Source: Candidatus Nanoarchaeia archaeon (GTDB lineage Archaea; Nanobdellota; Nanobdellia; Woesearchaeales; GW2011-AR4). Taken from it: DNA of 64,000 nt. How positions within the stretch are numbered: the stretch's first letter is position 1; the number at the start of each line of letters is the position of its first letter. The translations under genes were made by a program, and so were the position numbers. Shown in pieces: positions 1 through 9,153 of this stretch. Under the pieces are notes generated by a model. That model did no database searches, was not told where the DNA came from, and worked only from the letters and a program-made list of their open reading frames with translations. The DNA lies in contig DATDYS010000013.1 of NCBI GenBank assembly GCA_035288925.1, forward strand, positions 22,168 to 86,167, read 5' to 3'.

Positions 1-659
1 TTCATGTCACCTTCCATTTTCAGGTCCTTTTCAGCCCTGTCGAGAACCTGGATAATTTTTATCTCATGGTCCCCTAGCGAGTAAAAAGCCTCCCTTATCT
101 CCTCGATATTGACAAGAAAATCCGACACAACGACGAGCATAGATTTACTGCCGATGACTTTCTTGTACTGCCTTAAAGTATCGGCCAGCTTGGAAAATCC
201 TTTGGGCTTTACAGAGTTCAGGTGCTGAACCATTGCAGCAAGCTGCGACAGCCCTCTCTTCGGCTGGAATATCTCAAGCGTGTCAGCAAATGTCGAGAAC
301 ATGAATTTTTCATTCTCGCGCATTGCAAGATACCCGAACCCGACTCCAATCATGGATGCGTAATCAAACTTGCTCACCGGCTTGCCGAAATCCATGGAAG
401 CGCTTCGGTCAATTATAATATGCACAGTAAGGTTTTTCTCCTCCTCATGAACTTTCAGGTAAAAATTGTCCGTCCGGGCATAAACTTTCCAGTCAATCAT
501 TCTAATATCATCGCCAGGCGCGTAAATTCTGTAATCCTTGAACGTTAACCCGTGCCCTCCCATCGCGGACTTGCGTGCGCCGCTTATTGTAGAAGTAACC
601 CTCTTGTTGACTACAAGATTAAATCTAGTCAGCTGGTCCAAAAATTGCGTGTTTATCAT
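1..659 (-). CDS. DUF58 family protein (vWA-like, MoxR partner), 3' partial; runs off the window start
   Basis: Hand translation of the minus strand from the ATG at 659 gives MINTQFLDQLTRFNLVVNKRVTSTISGARKSAMGGHGLTFKDYRIYAPGDDIRMIDWKVYARTDNFYLKVHEEEKNLTVHIIIDRSASMDFG..., with the DxSxS-like DRSASM motif typical of DUF58. It lies immediately downstream of MoxR on the same strand. It is not in the ORF track because no stop codon falls inside the window. Confidence 0.8.
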   Translation of the reverse strand, partial: MINTQFLDQLTRFNLVVNKRVTSTISGARKSAMGGHGLTFKDYRIYAPGDDIRMIDWKVYARTDNFYLKVHEEEKNLTVHIIIDRSASMDFGKPVSKFDYASMIGVGFGYLAMRENEKFMFSTFADTLEIFQPKRGLSQLAAMVQHLNSVKPKGFSKLADTLRQYKKVIGSKSMLVVVSDFLVNIEEIREAFYSLGDHEIKIIQVLDRAEKDLKMEGDM

Positions 660-739
660 TTTCAACCTTTTTCTTTACAAGATCCTAAAAAATCCTTTGA
701 GGATTTTTGGGAACTTGAAAATTATTAATTTTCAAGTAA

Positions 740-808
740 AAGCTTGACCAAAAAGTGTGACATGTGAGCGAGTGAGGCGAGCTCACTCGCAAGTCGCACG
801 TCAAGCTT
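740..808. repeat. ~70-bp imperfect palindromic element. Outer arms are AAGCTTGAC/GTCAAGCTT; the core is GTGACATGTGAGCGAGT...GAGCTCACTCGCAAGTC. A second copy is at 34214..34288
   Basis: Read directly. GCGAGTGAG and CTCACTCGC are exact reverse complements flanking a 5-nt loop. The sequence is shared with 34214..34288 (TGACATGTGAGCGAGT, GAGCTCACTCGCAAGTC, GTCAAGC). Confidence 0.6.
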
Positions 809-1006
809 GAAGAGGCATAAAGCCTCTATTTTTTCTTGTATTTTTATCGCTGCGAAATTTCCAGCATGGATGAGAACTGAGTGCAGAACTTTTTTCCTTA
901 CGAAGTCGGGAAAAAAGTTTTGCGAATAAGCTTTTGACCAACAAAAGCCGTGTTCGAATCCTATGTTTGGAATTTTTTAAATTATTTTTTCGATATTTTT
1001 ATTCTC

Positions 1007-1942
1007 CTATTTTACCCTGTCAAGTATCGCCTTGATTGCATCATCGACTGACATGCCCTTTCTCTCGGCTTCAAAGTTCAGGACTATCCTGTGCCTTAAA
1101 ATAGGGTAAGCCAAAAAGTTGAGGTCGTCGTTGCTCACGTGGTTTCTTCCCTGTATCAGCGCCCTTGCTTTTGACGCCAAAATCAGTCCGATTGACGCTC
1201 TGGGGGATGCACCATATTGTATAATCTCCTTGTTTGAACGGGTCGCGTGTATTATTTTGACTGCCCTTTGCTTTATATCGTTCGCAATCGGAACCTGCCT
1301 TGTCAGCCCCTGCAAAGTCAGCAGGTGATTTTTGTTCAGCATCACTTTTAGCCTGCGGTCCCTGGCCTCTGCCGAGTACAGGTCAACTATTTCAATTTCC
1401 TGGTCAAATGTCGGGTAAGCCACTTTTATTTTCAGCAAAAACCTGTCAGCCTGCGCTTCCGGCAATGGATAAGTTCCCTCCTGCTCAATCGGGTTCTGCG
1501 TTGCAAGGACAAAAAACGGCGCGTCGAGCTTGTAAGTGTTTGTTCCGACGGTGACCTGCTTTTCCTGCATTGCCTCAAGCAGCGCCGACTGTGTTTTTGG
1601 AGTCGCACGGTTGATTTCATCAGCAAGAACTATATTTGCAAATATTGGGCCGGGCTGGAATTTAAACTGCCTCTTTCCTCCCGACTCCTCGATTATGTAA
1701 GTTCCGGTTATATCCGACGGCATTAAATCGGGGGTATTCTGGATTCTCGAGAATTTCAAATCCATCAGCTCTGCAAGCGTCCTCACGGTCAATGTCTTTG
1801 CGAGCCCGGGATAGCCTTCAAGCAAAGCGTTTGCATCGCACAAAATGGATACAAGAATCTGCTCAACAACATCCTGCTGGCCTACGATAACTTTGCCGAG
1901 CTCTTTCTGCAGCTCGTCAAAAACCTGCTTATAATTTTTCAT
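1007..1942 (-). CDS. moxR: MoxR-like AAA+ ATPase
   Basis: 311 aa. Walker A-like GLAKT, DEINRA Walker B, and the conserved MoxR C-terminal region. Confidence 0.9.
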   Translation of the reverse strand: MKNYKQVFDELQKELGKVIVGQQDVVEQILVSILCDANALLEGYPGLAKTLTVRTLAELMDLKFSRIQNTPDLMPSDITGTYIIEESGGKRQFKFQPGPIFANIVLADEINRATPKTQSALLEAMQEKQVTVGTNTYKLDAPFFVLATQNPIEQEGTYPLPEAQADRFLLKIKVAYPTFDQEIEIVDLYSAEARDRRLKVMLNKNHLLTLQGLTRQVPIANDIKQRAVKIIHATRSNKEIIQYGASPRASIGLILASKARALIQGRNHVSNDDLNFLAYPILRHRIVLNFEAERKGMSVDDAIKAILDRVK

Positions 1943-2202
1943 TTACAATTCACCTCAATATTTTTTGTTGGAAATTTTATTCAATTCATTATTATTAATT
2001 TTATTTTGATGTTATTTTTATGCATTATTTATTCTTTTATTTTATTTATTATTTTTAATTTTTGGATTTATGTTTTTCAATTAAGTTATTTTCCGCCAAA
2101 ATTTTGATTTCATTTATTTTTATTTTATTATTATTTTATCTTTTAATTATATTACTTTTTAATAATCAATAAATTTTGTTTCTTATTATCAGATTTATAT
2201 TA

Positions 2203-2967
2203 TTAACCCTCAGCCAGCTTCTTAAAATAATTCTTGACCAATTCCTGCTGCTCCTGGGGAATATTTTCTTCGAAAGCAGTTGTTTCCTTGACAGCCAGTT
2301 CAGAGGGAAAAGTTGCCTCAAACTTCTGCTGCTGCGAGTCGCCCTCTTCCTTCACATTGACCTTGAAGTCAACCGGCTTAAGCCGTATGTTGAGCTCTTT
2401 GTCACCGAGCGTCGCAACGTCATTCTTGCCGAAAATGTCCCCGCTTGTGTTTAGTTTTGCCGCCACAAAATTCCCGGCTCCCTTCGGGCCCTGGAAAATG
2501 TCAGGGACGGTGTTTCTTGCAAATTCAACTATCTTCAGGTTCATTGTCGTGGCAAAAATAATCAAAAATGAAAGCACCATGACGGCAAATATCTTGTAGG
2601 ACAGTGTCCTTGGATTGATAAACATGGACAGCTCAACATTCTTCATCGCATTTGTAACTTCATACTCAAGCTCATTTGCAATCGGGTTGTCCATGCCAAC
2701 ATTGTCAGCAGCCGTCCTTAATTTCTCCCTGAGCGGAGCGTATTTGCCCTCAACCATCATTGGCTTTGATGTTTTTACCGACATATAGCTGTAAAAACCA
2801 AGATACGCAACGGCGGGAATCAATGACAGCATCGGATGGAAATCCAGCACGGACAAAATAAGGTATGAAGCCAAAAAGACAAGAGTCGTGTTCACCACGT
2901 TCTCAAACAGCGTCAGCTGGTTCAGCGTCCTGTTGATTTCCTTTACGACCTGTGAAAATTGTTTCAT
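2203..2967 (-). CDS. hypothetical membrane protein in the MoxR/vWA operon
   Basis: 254 aa with several hydrophobic segments. Co-oriented and adjacent to the MoxR and vWA genes. Confidence 0.5.
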   Translation of the reverse strand: MKQFSQVVKEINRTLNQLTLFENVVNTTLVFLASYLILSVLDFHPMLSLIPAVAYLGFYSYMSVKTSKPMMVEGKYAPLREKLRTAADNVGMDNPIANELEYEVTNAMKNVELSMFINPRTLSYKIFAVMVLSFLIIFATTMNLKIVEFARNTVPDIFQGPKGAGNFVAAKLNTSGDIFGKNDVATLGDKELNIRLKPVDFKVNVKEEGDSQQQKFEATFPSELAVKETTAFEENIPQEQQELVKNYFKKLAEG

Positions 2968-2968
2968 T

Positions 2969-3490
2969 TTAGCAAGTTTCCGAAGCGCCTGCCGTGCTTT
3001 TTAAGCAGGCGTTCTTTTTTTCCAGAACATCAACTTTATCATCAAGCCTATTAACGTCCGATTTCAAATTCAGCACCTGGGTGTTCAACTGCTGCACCAG
3101 CACAGCCTGCGCTGCCAACTGGCTTTGGGTGTCAGCCAATTTGCTCAATGTAGCCGCCAACTCAGACTTTGTGCTTGTCAAGTCAACCGTCAGCTTAGTT
3201 TTATCAGCCTCCAGTTGGTCCCTTTCGCTTTTTGTATCCACATATTTCTTACTCAGGTCCTGCTCTTTCTGGCCCTGAAGCACGAGCTGCACATTCGTCT
3301 GGTTAAGCTGGCCTTTCTTGGCCTCAAGCTCTTTGCTTATCGTGTTAAGCTCATTGAGCTTTATCTCGTAGCTTTTCGACACATTCTTGAAAGTAGTCTG
3401 GTAATAAACGGTGAATCCGCTGAACATTAATATCGCCGCAACTATCAGCAGAAGCAGCCCAAGATTGACATCACGCCTCATTATCGCCAT
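2969..3490 (-). CDS. membrane-anchored coiled-coil protein
   Basis: 173 aa. N-terminal TM segment (LGLLLLIVAAILMFSGF) followed by a Q/L/K-rich coiled coil. 1-nt spacing to the downstream gene. Confidence 0.5.
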   Translation of the reverse strand: MAIMRRDVNLGLLLLIVAAILMFSGFTVYYQTTFKNVSKSYEIKLNELNTISKELEAKKGQLNQTNVQLVLQGQKEQDLSKKYVDTKSERDQLEADKTKLTVDLTSTKSELAATLSKLADTQSQLAAQAVLVQQLNTQVLNLKSDVNRLDDKVDVLEKKNACLKSTAGASETC

Positions 3491-3701
3491 TTTATCGCCT
3501 CATTTTAAATTAAATTTGTTTGAATTTTATTTTCCTATTAAATTAAATTTTTTATATTTTTTTACTGAATAAAATTTTTGATATATAATTTCTAAAATCA
3601 TATTTTCATAGTTTTTGGCTCATTATTTTTTATTGCTTTTATTAATTTTCTTATTCATTATTTTAATTATTCTTTGATTATCAATCCCTTAACTTAAATA
3701 T

Positions 3702-6179
3702 CTATCTTTGCGCATTCTCCCTGAATCTTCTTATCGCTATCTCGGCCAAAAACAGCAGCATCGCGATTATTGCAAACGGCCACCTGTAATCAGTTGAGTC
3801 AATTTTTATTCTTTTCGATTTTGCCTTGATGAATTCTATGATTCCTTTTGTATCACCGGGCTCAAAAACCTTGCCGCCGGTTTTCTGCACGAGAGTTGTG
3901 AATTCCGGATTAATTCCGAGGTTTGCGTATTCGTCATTGTAATTGGTGGCGAAAGTCGCGCCGAGCAGGTCCTTGAATCCAATTTCAGCCGGAGTGTATG
4001 GGGATGAATAAAGGTTCGTGTCTATTTTTGCGAACGCAAGGCCATATCCTTTCGGCATGTCTTTGGTTATCACATTCACGCTTGTAGATTTTCCCAGAAC
4101 GGTGTCGGCTATGCTCACATCATAGCTTTTTTTTCTTGCAAGATCGCCTATGGCCCAGTTTATGCTCTTGGTTATGAGTTTGGAATTTTCCTTGTTTAAT
4201 AATGCCCCCGCCCATCTTGAGCCGTCGTCAGTTCCAAATGTTACAACTCTTCCAAGCCCGAAGCGCCACACAGCCAGGATTGGAATATTCTTCTGCGTTG
4301 TCACAAGCAGCCTTGCCGCAGGCTTTGGCACCATATAATTATAGCCAGAAATGGTCGCATGCATGTCATCCATGGCAAGAGTTATAAAATGGGAAGTGTC
4401 AATTGGAATCAGCGTGTTGTAAAACTCCTCCCCTTTTGTCTCGTCTTTGTCGCCAAACTGGACTTTGAGTTTATTGGACGCGTCCGTCTTGAAGTAAATT
4501 CCCTCCCCGAGCCGTGCTATGTTGTCAAGGAAAAGGTTGTTGTCAGAAGACAGAACATCAGTGTCGGTTCCCACTCCGACGGTAAATATTTTTACGCCCT
4601 GGGCATTCACGCTCCGCACAATGTTAAGCGTGTTTTCCCTCAGCTGCTTGTATGTTGTCTTGCCGTCGCTGATGAAAATTATGTTTTTGCTTCCGCCGAC
4701 CTTGCCTAGCAGCTGCGCTCCGCCCTGTATGCCGACATCAAAGCAGGACTGGCCGTCAAAATCAAGTTTGGAGATTCTGTCCTTGAGCTCTTTTTTTACC
4801 TCCTTTAAGGGCTTCAAGCCGCCGGGAAGTATATCAAAAGCCTGGCATCTTTCTGTATGCCCATTGCCAAATGCAACAGCTCCGATGTTATTTTTCTCGC
4901 TCAGGCTGTCCACAACGCTTATTGCAAGAGCTTTTTCCAGCCCAATCGATTCGGACGTGCTGCTTGAAATGTCAATGACCAGCGCGATGTTTATGTCGCT
5001 TTTATTCGACTCCTCGCTTGCGCCGATTTTTACCGGAAGAAGCGTCTCAAGCAAAGTCCCTTTATACCCTCCCCTGTCGTAAGAATGCTCTCCGCCCAAA
5101 AATATCAGCCCGTTTCCGTCTGATACGTAGCTGCTGAGCCCGTCAATGCGGGAGTTTATGCTGGAGGCCGGAATGTCATTAAAAATTACAGCCATATAGT
5201 CCGACAAATCCTGCGGAAGCGAATCCCTGACGTCAACTTCATAAATCTTAAACAGCTGCTCGGCCAGCGGAGATGTTTTTTGCGTCATGTAAAGAATTTT
5301 CGGCCTTGGAACGATTTTCACGCTCTTGTAATAGGCATTGTTGTTCTGGAAATAGTCATCCTTGCCGACATTAAGCAGCCTTGCAGTCAGCTTGTGGTAC
5401 TCCCCCTCAGGAAATATTTTTGAAAATGCAAATGTTTTGGAGCCACTTCCCTGCTCTTCCAGTATAAGCACCGAATCATCCATGCTGACCTGCAGGGTGT
5501 AGGGGATGCTGCTGCCGATGACAGAAACCTTCACGACAAAATCGCCTTCGGTGTCCTTTATAAGCTCGGGGGGGCCGTCAATCGTAACCCCGACATCATT
5601 TTTCACGGCATCCATTTTCAGGGTGCTGATTGAGGAATTTATTCCGGAGGCAAAAAGCATGATGTCTCCAAGCACCTTGCCCTCGTTGTTCACCCCGTCC
5701 GTAACAACCAAAACATTGTCATCGCCCTCTATGTTGTTAAGTATCCCGTTTCCTATTGTTGAATGCTCTCCGCCCGCAATTGTCCTAATCTGCACCGGCA
5801 CCGTGCCTTCCAGTTTTTTGTACAAATTGTAGGCTATGTTTGGATTGTAAAGAGCCATAGACGTGGAATTGTCAACGAGAATCGTCAGCCTTGGATTGCC
5901 GGGAACGGTTTTGCTTTCCAGCATGAAAGGAGATGCAATCGCAATCATCAAAAATACAAATGCAAAGCTCCTCAGCGCAAGCACTATCTTCCTGTCCGTC
6001 TTCTTTGACTTCACATAATTTTCCAGTTCAAATTTGTTGTTGAATTTCACAAAAGTCTTTCTCGTAAGCCAAAATAAAAACAGCAGGATTGGGATTATTG
6101 CAATTAGCACATAGAAGTACCTGACGCAGTATTTGGACGTGCAGTATATGTTTGAGTAATCTGGGATAATAAAGCTCAT
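3702..6179 (-). CDS. membrane-anchored protein with two von Willebrand factor A domains (BatB-like)
   Basis: 825 aa. N-terminal TM. Two MIDAS-type motifs, LTILVDNSTSM and IALVIDISSST. Confidence 0.7.
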   Translation of the reverse strand: MSFIIPDYSNIYCTSKYCVRYFYVLIAIIPILLFLFWLTRKTFVKFNNKFELENYVKSKKTDRKIVLALRSFAFVFLMIAIASPFMLESKTVPGNPRLTILVDNSTSMALYNPNIAYNLYKKLEGTVPVQIRTIAGGEHSTIGNGILNNIEGDDNVLVVTDGVNNEGKVLGDIMLFASGINSSISTLKMDAVKNDVGVTIDGPPELIKDTEGDFVVKVSVIGSSIPYTLQVSMDDSVLILEEQGSGSKTFAFSKIFPEGEYHKLTARLLNVGKDDYFQNNNAYYKSVKIVPRPKILYMTQKTSPLAEQLFKIYEVDVRDSLPQDLSDYMAVIFNDIPASSINSRIDGLSSYVSDGNGLIFLGGEHSYDRGGYKGTLLETLLPVKIGASEESNKSDINIALVIDISSSTSESIGLEKALAISVVDSLSEKNNIGAVAFGNGHTERCQAFDILPGGLKPLKEVKKELKDRISKLDFDGQSCFDVGIQGGAQLLGKVGGSKNIIFISDGKTTYKQLRENTLNIVRSVNAQGVKIFTVGVGTDTDVLSSDNNLFLDNIARLGEGIYFKTDASNKLKVQFGDKDETKGEEFYNTLIPIDTSHFITLAMDDMHATISGYNYMVPKPAARLLVTTQKNIPILAVWRFGLGRVVTFGTDDGSRWAGALLNKENSKLITKSINWAIGDLARKKSYDVSIADTVLGKSTSVNVITKDMPKGYGLAFAKIDTNLYSSPYTPAEIGFKDLLGATFATNYNDEYANLGINPEFTTLVQKTGGKVFEPGDTKGIIEFIKAKSKRIKIDSTDYRWPFAIIAMLLFLAEIAIRRFRENAQR

Positions 6180-8050
6180 AGGTCCCCCCTCCTCTTTATG
6201 TATATAAACTCAGCCAGCATGAGCAAAAACACCAGCAATAAAATTAAAAATTCAAGATTGAAGTCCTGCTCCTTGCTTTCCCTTCCCAGCAGATTTTCCC
6301 TCGCCTGCCGGCTCTCAACCTTTGACGGCAGCGCAATATCGGATTCTTTTTCATCAATAAGGTTGGCCGCATATTTCTTGTTGTTGAATTCATAAACGCC
6401 TGCCTCATCCATCAGCACCCTGGATGTTGTAAAGCTGGCTGAGGGAGTGGTAACTTTCTGCTCATCCACTACAAATATTTTCCCAGTCTTAAAATTATAG
6501 TCTTTTATGTCCTCCGCCCCGACCATGAAATTTATGAGCGAGCTCCAGAAGATGGGATAGGCCGGAAGCGTCTTGAAGTCGCTTGAATCGTCGAGTATTC
6601 CATAATAGGCGACTTTTCCCTTCTGCCTTTCGCCGTAGACTACCAAAGGGGTTTTGTCATCGGCAGAGGCAAATGTGATTGTTCCTTTTTTGGAATCCGC
6701 CCCAAAATAAGCCCCTGAAGTGGTGAAGCACCTTTCTTTCTCGAACTGTTTTGTTATCTGGTTGATTGTCTCTACGCATGCTTTTGTTGCTTTGTTTATC
6801 ATGGACTTCACATTAATTGGCAAAAGGTCTTCCGTGTTTATATCCTTCAAATCACTCTGGGCGGCTATTATCACGTTTCCCCCCCTCTCAACATAATTCT
6901 GGATATCCTGGAATGTGCCAGGCACGATTCCGTCCTTTTTATTGGCATTGTTTATTTTGTATACTACGATAAGGTCCTGCTTGTAGGGGTCAACTTTTTC
7001 TTTTTTCGTGTTGATTGTCAGCACCGGCGGGTTCACAACATTCAGCTCAATATCCTTGGCGGACTCCAGCGCCAGCTCAAGATTGCTTGATTTTTCATTT
7101 GTAATGAGAAGCACGGAATTTTTTATTTTTCTGGGAGTAGCGATGTATGCAGCATCATCAGCCTCCAGACCGTCTTTCGGATCAAGCTCGACTTTTGACA
7201 CTCCTGCGGGCGTGTCAAATATGAAATTTTCAACTGAGTGAGGCGCTATGGTTACCTTAGTTTGCGTTATAACCTTGCCTTCCCTCACTATCTTTACAGT
7301 CCTGTCTTTTGGCTGGGAATCAAAATTTTTGATGTAAACCTTGGTATTATATTTTGTGACCTCCAGTTTTATGATGCCGACATTGCTGGCATCGTTTGAC
7401 ACGTCAACAAAGTCCACAAGCTTGTCTTCTGACAACAGAGTTGCCCTGACAACACCTATATCGGGCCCTTCTGTCGAGAGAAAATCACTAAGCACTACTA
7501 CTCTCCCGGGCCTTTCTCCCAGGATATCCTTGGCAAGCAGGAGTGAATCCCCTAAATTTGTTGTTGTTGCCTTTGGCCCTATTTTTGACAGGACATCAAG
7601 CGCAACGTCGGTGTTTTCATCCTCAAGGACAATCAGGGGGGTATTTTCAGCCAGGATTATGCTGTTTCTCCCGCTGAGCACTTTTTTTGCCTCATCTATT
7701 GCCGTGTCAAACCTCATAACCCCTTTTTCCTTTGCCTGCATTGAAGCGCTGACATCAATTATCACTACGGTGTTCTCAAGCGTGGAATCATATTTCAGCT
7801 TGACAAAAGGGGCAGCCGCCACCAGTGCCAATCCGAGGATCGTGAGGAGCTGCATCAGGAAAAGGAGGTTTGTCATGAGCTTCTGCAGGAAAGAATACTG
7901 CCTTGACCTTTTGTTGTCCTGCATTATGAACATCAGCGACGGGATAACCTTATCCTGCGGCTTTGGCCTCCTGAGATAGAGAATTATAAACGCAGCGACA
8001 GCTGCCAGCGCTATCAAACCAAGCGGCCTTGCAAAAGGGAGTGCTGCCAT
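6176..8050 (-). CDS. membrane-anchored vWA domain protein (BatA-like)
   Basis: 624 aa. N-terminal TM. TVVIIDVSASM MIDAS motif. Overlaps the downstream gene by 4 nt. Confidence 0.7.
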   Translation of the reverse strand: MAALPFARPLGLIALAAVAAFIILYLRRPKPQDKVIPSLMFIMQDNKRSRQYSFLQKLMTNLLFLMQLLTILGLALVAAAPFVKLKYDSTLENTVVIIDVSASMQAKEKGVMRFDTAIDEAKKVLSGRNSIILAENTPLIVLEDENTDVALDVLSKIGPKATTTNLGDSLLLAKDILGERPGRVVVLSDFLSTEGPDIGVVRATLLSEDKLVDFVDVSNDASNVGIIKLEVTKYNTKVYIKNFDSQPKDRTVKIVREGKVITQTKVTIAPHSVENFIFDTPAGVSKVELDPKDGLEADDAAYIATPRKIKNSVLLITNEKSSNLELALESAKDIELNVVNPPVLTINTKKEKVDPYKQDLIVVYKINNANKKDGIVPGTFQDIQNYVERGGNVIIAAQSDLKDINTEDLLPINVKSMINKATKACVETINQITKQFEKERCFTTSGAYFGADSKKGTITFASADDKTPLVVYGERQKGKVAYYGILDDSSDFKTLPAYPIFWSSLINFMVGAEDIKDYNFKTGKIFVVDEQKVTTPSASFTTSRVLMDEAGVYEFNNKKYAANLIDEKESDIALPSKVESRQARENLLGRESKEQDFNLEFLILLLVFLLMLAEFIYIKRRGDL

Positions 8051-8051
8051 T

Positions 8052-8261
8052 TTATTTTTTATTTCTCTTTTTTTTATTCATTATGACATCCATAATCTCA
8101 TTCGGATTAACCAAATCCTTGACAAGAATCAGGACATCATTAAGTTCGTACCAATAAACATCTGAGGCGGAATCTATCTCCAGGTCCTGCCTTCCCTCCT
8201 GGGGCAGCGTAAGCTGGCCCTGCTTCGTAAGCTTCGCCTTTCCTATGAACTTGGGTTCCAT
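8052..8261 (-). CDS. AbrB/MazE (SpoVT-AbrB swapped-hairpin) family DNA-binding protein
   Basis: 69 aa. KAKLTKQGQLTLPQEGRQDLEI resembles the AbrB-type motif. Lies at the head of the minus-strand vWA/MoxR operon. Confidence 0.5.
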   Translation of the reverse strand: MEPKFIGKAKLTKQGQLTLPQEGRQDLEIDSASDVYWYELNDVLILVKDLVNPNEIMDVIMNKKKRNKK

Positions 8262-8402
8262 TATTATTTGTATTACTTTTATTAAAATTATGTTATTTGA
8301 TACATATATTAAATTAATTAAAATTAATATTTATAAACTTTTCTGTTCAATTATTTTATCACTATACAGTAATAAACAAACGAAAGCTTTATATACTAGT
8401 TA

Positions 8403-8966
8403 TTGCAGTTATATAGTAGTACGGGGGTAAAATTGAACAAAAAAGCAGCCATATTTGCAGTCATGCTGTTTGCCCTTGGGTGGGTGAGCAGCATTATATA
8501 CTCAGGAGTTATGAGTAGCTCCAGCCCTGTTGACCATCCGGTAAGCACGCAAAGCAATGTTGCGGGTTTGCAGAAATTGCAGGGCAGCGCTTCAAGGGAC
8601 AAGCCTTCCCCTTCTGAATGGGTAAAAAACAGCCAGATTAATGTTTTTAATGACGAAGTTGTCCTTAAAATCAAAAATGCAAAGTGGGCAGTTTTTACCG
8701 ACACCAAGTCAATGGATCCGGTGATAGACTCAACCAGCAAGGCAATTCAAGTCATTCCTGAAAGTGAAAATTACATTCATGTCGGCGACATTGTGGCATA
8801 CAATTCAAAATATGAAAATGGAACTGTAACGCACAGGGTTGCCGAGATTGGGCACGATTCAAAAGGATGGTATGCTATGCTCAAAGGAGACAACAATAGA
8901 TATCCTGACCCTGAGAAAGTAAGATTTGAGCAGATAAAAAGCGTTGTTGTTGCGGTTATTTATTAG
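8403..8966 (+). CDS. signal peptidase I (archaeal Sec11/S26 type)
   Basis: N-terminal TM. SMDPV (catalytic Ser box), GDIVAY, THRV (His box). The true start may be downstream of 8403. Confidence 0.7.
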   Translation: MQLYSSTGVKLNKKAAIFAVMLFALGWVSSIIYSGVMSSSSPVDHPVSTQSNVAGLQKLQGSASRDKPSPSEWVKNSQINVFNDEVVLKIKNAKWAVFTDTKSMDPVIDSTSKAIQVIPESENYIHVGDIVAYNSKYENGTVTHRVAEIGHDSKGWYAMLKGDNNRYPDPEKVRFEQIKSVVVAVIY

Positions 8967-9153
8967 TTCTAAAAAGAAAATTATAAATAGAAGTTTGGTT
9001 TTTAGCTTTACTATGAAAAAGTTTACTTTAAATTTACCGGATGAATTCTTCACCAGATTAACAACTTCTACAACTACAACAGCGTAAAAGCTGCCCATTG
9101 TTTTATTCTTTTGTTCAATAAATATTTAAATCTGACAAAAACTAAACACAAAA

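Noticed and set aside
222-747. Plus-strand ORFs 222..548 and 538..747 from the ORF track
   Set aside because: They lie fully antisense to a well-supported DUF58 gene (MoxR partner) and have no recognisable motifs.
941-965. GTGTTCGAATCC string resembling a tRNA T-loop
   Set aside because: No complementary T-stem or acceptor stem around it.
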